Shown: positions 56,547-64,000 of the stretch, in pieces
Layout of the letters: every line of letters starts with the position of its first letter
How positions within the stretch are numbered: the stretch's first letter is position 1
NCBI GenBank assembly: GCA_963802345.1
Contig: CAWDIK010000008.1
Span: 161,118 to 225,117 of the forward strand
DNA from: Vicinamibacterales bacterium
GTDB taxonomy: Bacteria; Acidobacteriota; Vicinamibacteria; Vicinamibacterales; JAMQPK01
DNA: 64,000 nt
Direction: 5' to 3'
The notes under the pieces: model-generated
Database searches by the model: none
What the model saw: the letters and a program-made list of their open reading frames with translations, nothing else
Told to the model about the DNA's origin: nothing
Program-made: the position numbers and the translations under genes

Positions 56547-57875
56547 ATGACTGCGACGAGCGTAAGTTCACCGGCTTCGAGCGTGGATACGAGGCACCCG
56601 AGATACCAGGAACTGAAGGGCCGTATCCACCAGGAGTTGCTGACCCGATTGAATCTCGAGCGTCTGACGCGAACCAAGCGCGAAGACGCGGAGCCGGAAA
56701 TCCGCGGCATCATCACCCGGCTGCTCGAGCACGAATCCGAGACCATGCCGCTGAGCCTGTTCGAGCGGGAAGCGCTTGTCGGCGACGTCCTGAACGAGCT
56801 GTTCGGCCTGGGGCCGCTCGAAAGCCTGCTCGCCGACCCCACGATCTCCGACATCCTCGTGAATCGCCACGACCTCGTCTACATCGAGCGCGAGGGGCGT
56901 CTGCACGAGACCGACGTCGTGTTCCGCGACGACAAGCACCTTCACCAGATCATCGAGCGCATCGTGAGCGCCGTCGGGCGCCGCATTGACGAATCCAGTC
57001 CGATGGTCGACGCCCGTCTGCAGGACGGCTCGCGCGTCAACGCCATCATTCCCCCGCTGGCGCTCGACGGTCCCGTGCTGTCGATTCGGCGATTCCGGAC
57101 CGATCGTCTCGGCGCGCAGGATCTCGTCGCCCGCGACTCGTTGACACAGCCGATGCTCGATTTTCTTCGGGCCGCCGTCGGCTGCCGATTGAACATGGTC
57201 ATCTCGGGCGGCACGGGCGCCGGCAAGACGACGCTGCTCAACGTGTTGTCGGGATTCATTTCAGATCGCGAGCGAATCGTCACGATCGAGGACGCTGCGG
57301 AACTGATGCTGCGGCAGCGTCACGTCATCCGCCTCGAGACCCGGCCTGCCAACATCGAAGGCAAAGGCGCGGTCCGTCAACGCGATCTCGTGGTGAACGC
57401 GCTCCGTATGCGACCCGACCGTATCGTGGTCGGCGAGGTCCGCGGCCAGGAAGCGCTGGACATGCTGCAGGCGATGAATACCGGCCACGACGGCAGTCTG
57501 ACGACTGTCCATGCCAACACCGCGCGCGACGCGCTGTACAGGCTCGACACGATGGTCGCGATGTCGAATCTCAACATTCCCGAAAAGGCGGTCCGCCAGC
57601 AGATTTCGTCGGCGATCGATCTCGTCGTGCAGGTGACGCGCCTCTCGGACGGCTCGCGCAGGATTACGGCAGTTACCGAAATCACCGGCATGGAGGGCGA
57701 GGTCATCACGATGCAGGACCTCTTCCTGTTCGAAAAGACCGGCGTTCGCCCGGATGGCCGTATCACCGGCCGCTTCAGAGCAACCGGCATACGCCCGAAA
57801 TGCAGCGAGCGGCTGGCCTCGTCGGGCGTTCAGCTGCCGGTCGACATGTTCGAGCACATGAAGATTGTGGCGTAG
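56547..57875 (+). CDS. cpaF: CpaF/TadA pilus ATPase
   Basis: [39 protein letters not shown]. Confidence 0.96.
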   Translation: MTATSVSSPASSVDTRHPRYQELKGRIHQELLTRLNLERLTRTKREDAEPEIRGIITRLLEHESETMPLSLFEREALVGDVLNELFGLGPLESLLADPTISDILVNRHDLVYIEREGRLHETDVVFRDDKHLHQIIERIVSAVGRRIDESSPMVDARLQDGSRVNAIIPPLALDGPVLSIRRFRTDRLGAQDLVARDSLTQPMLDFLRAAVGCRLNMVISGGTGAGKTTLLNVLSGFISDRERIVTIEDAAELMLRQRHVIRLETRPANIEGKGAVRQRDLVVNALRMRPDRIVVGEVRGQEALDMLQAMNTGHDGSLTTVHANTARDALYRLDTMVAMSNLNIPEKAVRQQISSAIDLVVQVTRLSDGSRRITAVTEITGMEGEVITMQDLFLFEKTGVRPDGRITGRFRATGIRPKCSERLASSGVQLPVDMFEHMKIVA

Positions 57876-57887
57876 GGAGAGAGAGTC

Positions 57888-58847
57888 ATGCTGATAGCGC
57901 TTACGACGTTTCTCCTCGTTCTCGGGATCATTCTGGGCACCTACTGGATGCTGGTCGTGCGTCACGAGGACACAAGCCAGCGCGCGCTGCGGAAGCGGCT
58001 TCGTGTCGGCAAGAAATCGGCGGTCAACCCGGAACTGCTGCGGCGGGCGCAGCCTCTCAGCCAGGTGTCGTCGATCGATCGGCTGCTGCGCCGCTCGGGA
58101 TCGCTGGCCGGCCCGCTGGCCAGGCAGATCCAGCACGCGGGGATGAGCTCGACCGTCGGGTCGATCATGCTCTCGTCGATTGTTCGCCGCCTGCCTCACA
58201 GCCTCGGCATTTACCTGATTTCCGGATTCGCGGGTGTTGCGGTCGTGGTCGGCGCGGTCGCAGGCTCGGCGCCGTTTCTAATGCTGCGTTTCAAAGTGAG
58301 CAAGCGCCAGCGGAAATTCGAACAGCAGTTTCCGGAGGCGCTCGATCTCATTGGTCGAGCGTTGAGAGCGGGCCACGCGCTCACGACCGGTCTGGGAATG
58401 GTCGCCGACGAAATCCCCGATCCAGTCGGCACGGAGTTCCGCCTGATTCACGACCGCCAGAACTACGGCATGCCGCTCGCGGAGGCATTGCGCGACTTCG
58501 GCGAGCGTGTCCCCCTGCTCGACGCGCGGTTTTTCGTCACCGCGGTGCTGACGCAGCGCGAATCGGGAGGAAACCTCGCGGAAGTGCTCGACAACCTCTC
58601 GGCGCTCATTCGAGAACGGTTCAAGGTCAAGCGGCAGGTGCGGACCGTCAGTGCCCATGGCCGCATCACCGGGTGGGTGCTCGCATTTCTCGCGCCGACG
58701 CTGGCGGCGATTCTCGTGATCATCGCGCCAGAACACATGGCGCTGATGATTCAGGACCCCCTCGGCATTCAAATGATCGTCGGCGCCATGGCGCTGCAGA
58801 TCATCGGCGTGGTCGCCATTCGCCGCATTATCAACATCGAGGTGTAG
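57888..58847 (+). CDS. tadB: TadB inner-membrane platform protein
   Basis: QFPEALD..LRAGH, QRESGGNLAEVL. Confidence 0.92.
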   Translation: MLIALTTFLLVLGIILGTYWMLVVRHEDTSQRALRKRLRVGKKSAVNPELLRRAQPLSQVSSIDRLLRRSGSLAGPLARQIQHAGMSSTVGSIMLSSIVRRLPHSLGIYLISGFAGVAVVVGAVAGSAPFLMLRFKVSKRQRKFEQQFPEALDLIGRALRAGHALTTGLGMVADEIPDPVGTEFRLIHDRQNYGMPLAEALRDFGERVPLLDARFFVTAVLTQRESGGNLAEVLDNLSALIRERFKVKRQVRTVSAHGRITGWVLAFLAPTLAAILVIIAPEHMALMIQDPLGIQMIVGAMALQIIGVVAIRRIINIEV

Positions 58848-58850
58848 GAC

Positions 58851-59756
58851 ATGTCGCTCGCATTGCTGCTGTCAATTATCGGCGTCTTCGCCTGCGTCGC
58901 CCTGGTATCGGGGCTGGCGGCGACACGTATCCTCGAGCGCGCCACGCCAGAGCAGCGGCGTTTGAGGACGGTCGCAGTACCTCAGCGGGCAGGCCTCGTG
59001 CTCCAGCCGACGCAACTGACCGAGGTGCCCGATCCGTTCCTGCAGAAACTCTCCAAGGCGATGCCGCGTTCGCCGAAGGACATGTCGCGGCTTCGCCGGC
59101 GTCTCATCCGCGCTGGCTACTACGACATCAAGACGGCGATTCTCTACGCAGCGGCCGAGTTCGTGTGCCCGGTGATATTTGCCCTCGGGCCGATTACCTT
59201 GCTCGGCTGGGGCGATGGATGGGTCCTGTCGATACTTGCCGGCATCTTCGGCTATCTGACTCCGGGGCTGTGGCTGCAGCGGAAGACGAACCAGCGCCAG
59301 AAGGTGATTCACAACGGTCTTCCAGACGCGCTCGATCTGTTCATCGTTTGCATGGAAGCCGGATCGAGCCTCGACCAGGCCATCGTCAAGGCCAGCGACG
59401 AGCTCGAAATCTCACATCCAGCCCTGACCGAAGAGCTGCGCATTATCACGACCGAGATACGCGCCGGGAAACCGCGGCTTGAAGCCTTCAAGAACTTCGC
59501 CAATCGAACTGGCGTCGAAGACGTTCGCGCCCTCGTGGCCATGCTGGTGCAGACGGACCGCTTCGGCACCAGCGTGTCGCAGTCGCTGCGAACGCACTCG
59601 AGCACGTCGCGAACCCGGCGAAGGCAGGAAGCCGAAGAGCGTGCCGGCAAAATCGGCGTGAAGCTGGTCTTTCCACTCGTGCTGTGTCTGTTTCCGGCCG
59701 TCTACGTCGTCTGTATGGGACCCGTTGTGATCAGGATTTACCGCGCCTTCTTTTGA
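58851..59756 (+). CDS. tadC: TadC inner-membrane platform protein
   Basis: LPDALDL..EAG, QTDRFGT, AEERA.K..VKLVFPL. Confidence 0.92.
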   Translation: MSLALLLSIIGVFACVALVSGLAATRILERATPEQRRLRTVAVPQRAGLVLQPTQLTEVPDPFLQKLSKAMPRSPKDMSRLRRRLIRAGYYDIKTAILYAAAEFVCPVIFALGPITLLGWGDGWVLSILAGIFGYLTPGLWLQRKTNQRQKVIHNGLPDALDLFIVCMEAGSSLDQAIVKASDELEISHPALTEELRIITTEIRAGKPRLEAFKNFANRTGVEDVRALVAMLVQTDRFGTSVSQSLRTHSSTSRTRRRQEAEERAGKIGVKLVFPLVLCLFPAVYVVCMGPVVIRIYRAFF

Positions 59757-59779
59757 GGCGCATAATCAAGGAGAGAAAC

Positions 59780-59881
59780 GTGAATACGACGATGCTTGCA
59801 TCCCTCGTGCTGTTGGCGGTGTTCGTGATCCTGTACGTGGTGAAGCGCCGCTCGCGCCTCAACCACGAAGACATCGACTAA
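59780..59881 (+). CDS. 33-aa single-TM microprotein
   Basis: RBS AAGGAG, GTG start; MNTTMLASLVLLAVFVILYVVKRRSRLNHEDID. Confidence 0.55.
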   Translation: MNTTMLASLVLLAVFVILYVVKRRSRLNHEDID

Positions 59882-59883
59882 CC

Positions 59884-60831
59884 GTGTCCAGCCCTCGAAT
59901 GACTACGGTCCGTGACCATCGGCATGGCCACGCCAGCCGAGAACTGAACCGCCGGCCCGGACTCTCGGGCCTCACTGGAGTTCTGCTCGCCGTGATCTGT
60001 ATCACGGCCTGCGGAACGGGCCGGCGGCCTCCACCGGCGTATGCGCCCTCGAACGAACCGATGAGGGCAGACGCCGGTGGCTTCGGTTCGATGGCCGTCG
60101 AGGCCCACGATCCTGTGCTGTCGGACGCCCTCGCGTGGCTGATTCTCGACCGATCCGCCGGACGGCTCGTCGCCGTCGCGAACCGGTACTACCAGCTGCG
60201 GATACGCGACAAAGCGTTTGACTACTACTCCGAAGCCGTCGTGGTCGACACCACTCACGCCGGCGCACTCGACGGGCGCGCCCGCGTGCTTCGTGACTGG
60301 GGCTTCACCGACGAAGCGCTCGACGACGCTGTGCGTGCCACGCGCGTGGCGCCGGATTCTGCGACGGCCGTCAATACACTCGGCACGATCCTCCAGGCGC
60401 TCGGCAAACATGACGAGGCGGCCATCGAGTACGCGCGATCTGCCGATCTCGATCGCTCGGCGCCATACGCGATGAACAACCTTTGCTATCTGTCGTTTCT
60501 CGCAGGCCGTCAGCAAGACGCAGCTCGCGACTGCTCCGACGCGCTGTCCCGTTCGAAGGGGTTCGCGCCGGCTCGAAACAATCTTGCGCTGGCGTATGCC
60601 GCAGCAGGCCGCGCGGACACGGCGCGATCGTATTTCCTCGGCGACGCCGACGACGCAGCCGGGCACTACAACCTGGGCATCGTTCTCCTGGCGCAGAAGC
60701 GCTATCAGGAGGCTGCGACCGAGTTTCATGCGGCGACCCGCAGGGATCCGTCGTTCGCGGCGGCACACCGCAGGGCACGTCAAGCCGAACACCTAGCCGA
60801 GCTGGAAAGGACATCACATGCTGGCCGTTGA
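59884..60831 (+). CDS. TPR lipoprotein (TadD-like)
   Basis: Lipobox-like ITAC; several TPR motifs (NTLG, NNL, YNLG); position after tadC. Confidence 0.75.
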   Translation: MSSPRMTTVRDHRHGHASRELNRRPGLSGLTGVLLAVICITACGTGRRPPPAYAPSNEPMRADAGGFGSMAVEAHDPVLSDALAWLILDRSAGRLVAVANRYYQLRIRDKAFDYYSEAVVVDTTHAGALDGRARVLRDWGFTDEALDDAVRATRVAPDSATAVNTLGTILQALGKHDEAAIEYARSADLDRSAPYAMNNLCYLSFLAGRQQDAARDCSDALSRSKGFAPARNNLALAYAAAGRADTARSYFLGDADDAAGHYNLGIVLLAQKRYQEAATEFHAATRRDPSFAAAHRRARQAEHLAELERTSHAGR

Positions 60832-62137
60832 AACGGCGTCGTCACTCGATCACCCGCGCGCCCCTGGCACGCTCGAGGAATCGGGCCTGAGCCTCGATCT
60901 GATCCTCCAGCTCTCGCTCAAGACCCTGCACCTTGCAGGTGAGCTGACGGGCAGCGCGCTCGCACAGCGTTTGGGCTTGCGTTTTCAGGTCGTCGAGCCT
61001 GCGCTCGACATGTTGAAGATAGAGCGGCACTGCGAAATTGTCGGTGGCTCGCTCCTGGGCAGCCCGGCGTACCGGTACCGCATCACCGATGCGGGCCGCG
61101 TGCGCGCGGCCATGTTCCTCGAACAGAACCATTACGTCGGTAAAGCGCCTGTGCCGCTCGAGCAGTACCGCCGGTACATGGAAAGAGTGCGGCAGAGCGG
61201 GCACGACAAGATCACGCGGGAACGGGTGCGGGCCGCATTTTCACACCTCGTGCTGAGCGATCGGGTGCTCGACCAGCTGGGCCCGGCAATCAACGCGGGC
61301 CATTCGATGTTCGTCTACGGACCTCCCGGCAACGGCAAGACCGTGATTTCCAGCGCTATCCATGGACTGCTCGATGGCGAGCTGGCGATTCCACACGCGA
61401 TCGAGGTCGAAGGCAGCATCATCCGCGTATTCGATCCCGTGAATCACGATCCGGTGGCGCCGCTCGACGAGGAGATCGGACTGGCCGATGGGCAGCGCGA
61501 CGACGCGCGATGGGTCCGCTGCCGCCGGCCGATGGTCATGGTCGGAGGCGAGCTGACGCTCGAAAAGCTGGAGCTCAGCTACAGCGCCGGGCTCGGATTC
61601 TATCGGGCGCCCGTCCAGGCAGTCGCGAATGGCGGCGTGCTCGTCATCGACGACTTCGGCCGGCAGACGTGCTCGCCCCGTGATTTCCTCAACCGGTGGA
61701 TCGTGCCGCTCGAAAGCCGCGTCGACTACCTCACGTTACAGACCGGGCAGAAGTTCGAAATCCCGTTCATGACATTGATCGTGTTTGCCACGAACCTCAA
61801 ACCCGCGGAGCTCGCGGACGAGGCGTTCCTTCGACGCATTCAGTACAAGATCTTTGCGGAAAGCCCAACGCTCGAAGAGTTCATGCGCATCTTCGAGAAC
61901 TACTGCCGCGGCCGCGATCTCGCGTTCAACCGGTCGCTCATCGAGAAAATGCTTCGCGAGTACTACAGGCCGCGGAACATCTCGCTTCGCGGCTGCCATG
62001 CCCGGGACCTCATCGAGCATGTGCTGTCTTTGGCCGACTATCTCGAACAGCCGCGATCGCTCACCTACGAGCTGCTCGAAGCGGCGTGCGCCAGCTATTT
62101 CGTCGACGACACGGAAGCGGCGCCGGCGTATGTGTAA
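60818..62137 (+). CDS. Tad-associated AAA+ ATPase of unknown function
   Basis: Walker A GPPGNGKT, Walker B VLVIDD, FATN, DEAFLRR arginine finger. Confidence 0.85.
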   Translation: MLAVETASSLDHPRAPGTLEESGLSLDLILQLSLKTLHLAGELTGSALAQRLGLRFQVVEPALDMLKIERHCEIVGGSLLGSPAYRYRITDAGRVRAAMFLEQNHYVGKAPVPLEQYRRYMERVRQSGHDKITRERVRAAFSHLVLSDRVLDQLGPAINAGHSMFVYGPPGNGKTVISSAIHGLLDGELAIPHAIEVEGSIIRVFDPVNHDPVAPLDEEIGLADGQRDDARWVRCRRPMVMVGGELTLEKLELSYSAGLGFYRAPVQAVANGGVLVIDDFGRQTCSPRDFLNRWIVPLESRVDYLTLQTGQKFEIPFMTLIVFATNLKPAELADEAFLRRIQYKIFAESPTLEEFMRIFENYCRGRDLAFNRSLIEKMLREYYRPRNISLRGCHARDLIEHVLSLADYLEQPRSLTYELLEAACASYFVDDTEAAPAYV

Positions 62138-62164
62138 AACGTTCGCTTTATCGAGTGCTCAGAT

Positions 62165-62335
62165 ATGAGAACAGGCAGCTCCAACAGCGACTTCTTGATG
62201 CTCGTCGTGCCGATTGCGGTGTCGTTCGGCCTCATCATCGTCATTTCTGGCGGCGTTGACAACTTCATGAACCTCGCGGATATCGCGATCCGCGACGCCG
62301 CCACGGCGGCCGTGACGTGGATACGCTCGCTCTAA
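62165..62335 (+). CDS. 56-aa membrane microprotein (not in the ORF track)
   Basis: Translates to MRTGSSNSDFLMLVVPIAVSFGLIIVISGG..TWIRSL; fills the operon gap. Confidence 0.55.
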   Translation: MRTGSSNSDFLMLVVPIAVSFGLIIVISGGVDNFMNLADIAIRDAATAAVTWIRSL

Positions 62336-62339
62336 CGCC

Positions 62340-63661
62340 ATGGCTACACGACCGATCCTCATAGGCGACGATTCGGGTGCTTTGCTGAGCGGCTTCACAC
62401 CAGAGCCCGTGTCGCTGTCCGCACTCAAGGCCGCAGGCATGCCGATCGAATGGCATGAGGGTGTGGCCATCGTTCAGGAGGCAGCCCGTCGCCTGCTCGA
62501 GTCCGACTCTCGCCAGACGACGACCGAGTTGTCGGGTGACAAACGTCAGAATCGATCTGAATGGCGCGGTCTCCGTGCCCCGCGACGGTGTGCAGGACGG
62601 TCCTTCTGCCGTCTCTCAGCTCGGCGCGCTTCTGCGCGACGTGCTGCCGGAAAACGTGCCGGTTCCGCTCAGGCTCGCCGTGTCGCAAGCGATGTCGAAT
62701 CCGCCGCATTACGCCTCGATCGCCAGTTTCTCCGAGGCCCTCTCCTACTTCGAGCGCCCGGATCCGTCCAGCATCATTCGCGCCGTCTACCAACGCTGGG
62801 AGGCGAATGCCGGCAGTCGACCTACGCCGCAAGTTCGCCACCAATCGGTGAGATCGATAGAACCAGCGCCTGAGGAACCGGCGGTGAAGAAATCGCGGAC
62901 GGCGGCAACCGGCCACGCCTCGCTGGCTCGTCGTCGCCGGCGGTATCGGCCTGATCATCACGCTGACCCTGGTTCTGGCGGCGGTCTGGTTACGGAGCTC
63001 AGGCGGACAGAAAGCCGAACGCCAGCCTGAATCGGGCGCATCAGTTCAATCCGCCGGCTCCACGACAGACAACTCGCCTGTCGTCGAGGCTGACCGCCGA
63101 GACGTCACCATACAGGTTCCGGCAGTGGTGAACGCAGAAAGAGCGGCAACCACGCCCGCAATAAACACGACGCGGCCGGCACCAGACGCGCGGGTGAATG
63201 CGGAGCGTCCAGCGACAAAAGCGGTCGACCGCCCTGCTCAGCGCGTCGCATCTACCGGCGAAGCGCCTGCATCGACTGACGCGCCGCGTCAGGCCGCTGT
63301 TCTGCCGCCTGCGGAGGCCGCTCATTCTCCGGTCTCCGTGACAATCCTGGAAACAGCGCCTGGCTCGCAGATCTATTCCGCAGTCGACGCAGACGTCGCC
63401 GCGCCTGTTGCAGCGTATCCGCAGTCGCCCACAGTAGCCACGGTCCTTCACGACGATGAAATGCTCACGTTCGACGTCGTCATCGACGAGACGGGCAAAG
63501 TCGAATCGGTCAAGCTGCGCCGCGCGCCGAGCTCGATTCGCAGCACCTTGATGCTGACGATGAGCATGAGCGTCGCGAAAGCCTGGCGCTTTCAGCCGGC
63601 TATGCGAAATGGGCAGTCGGTGAAGTACCGCCAATCGATCTCCGTGCCTGCCCTCCAATGA
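62340..63661 (+). CDS. Membrane protein with kinase-like N-terminus, Pro/Ala linker and TonB C-terminal-like domain (frameshifted)
   Basis: VSL..WHEGVAIVQE..VSQLGALL..YFERP; C-terminal VVIDETGKVESV..WRFQPAMRNGQSV. Confidence 0.6.
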
Positions 63662-64000
63662 TAAAGACGCGGCTTTTCATCCTGGCGCTGTTTTTGGGGA
63701 GCGGACTCCTCTCAGGTGACACGCGGGCGCAGGAAGAACCGATGCCGGCAATGGCCGTTCGCATCACGTCGCCTCTGGGCCGCACCGGCATCCATGGCCC
63801 TATTCGAATCGTCGCGCAGATCCAGCATGTTGCCGATACGCCACTTCGGCCGGTGAAGTTCTTCGTCGATCAGCGGCTGCAGGGCGAAGCCACGCAGGGT
63901 CCTCCATTCGCCGTCGAATGGACCGACGAGAACCCGTACGAAGCGCGCGAGATTGCCGTTGAAGCCTGCGACGTCAAGGGGACGTGCGCGCGCGACGTCG
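63658..64000 (+). CDS. Secreted protein with Ig-like (Big) domain, truncated by window edge
   Basis: ATGA overlap with the upstream stop; signal peptide then VRITSP..VKFFVD..PPFAVEW. Confidence 0.65.
   Translation, partial: MIKTRLFILALFLGSGLLSGDTRAQEEPMPAMAVRITSPLGRTGIHGPIRIVAQIQHVADTPLRPVKFFVDQRLQGEATQGPPFAVEWTDENPYEAREIAVEACDVKGTCARDV

Noticed and set aside
60818-64000. MoxR-VWA chaperone pair (AAA+ ATPase with the final ORF)
   Set aside because: No VWA motif is visible before the window ends, and the last ORF is secreted whereas the ATPase is cytoplasmic.

Overview
GC-rich bacterial chromosomal segment. The gene families (TonB-dependent receptor with a carboxypeptidase-like N-terminus, PEP-CTERM protein, Ig-like secreted protein) suggest Acidobacteriota, probably Vicinamibacterales; this is inference only. 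Many genes are split by single-base frameshifts, including conserved ones, which points to long-read sequencing indels rather than true pseudogenes. Content in order: (1) an oxidoreductase / sulfite-oxidase-like / ligD / cupin gene run; (2) a TonB-dependent receptor divergent from an orphan TAXI binding protein, histidine kinase and OmpR-type regulator, bracketed by two secreted double-cupin genes; (3) hrpB, an M3 peptidase and argG; (4) a tRNA-Arg(UCG)/Arg(CCG)/Lys(CUU) cluster followed by two IS481 elements inside a REP-like repeat, a 16-bp copy of the tRNA-Lys 3' end, and an accessory region of small Zn-ribbon and lipocalin-like genes; (5) assorted envelope and secreted enzymes; (6) an unusual charge-segregated protein with an acidic ELMGL-repeat half and six 14-aa Arg-rich repeats; (7) a Tad/Flp pilus locus preceded by a GGDEF cyclase, DUF192, a metalloprotease, a PEP-CTERM gene, two PilZ-like genes and divergent sigma-54 promoters. 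Intergenic inverted heptamer arrays and in-gene 9-mer tandem repeats recur. No CRISPR array or rRNA was seen.
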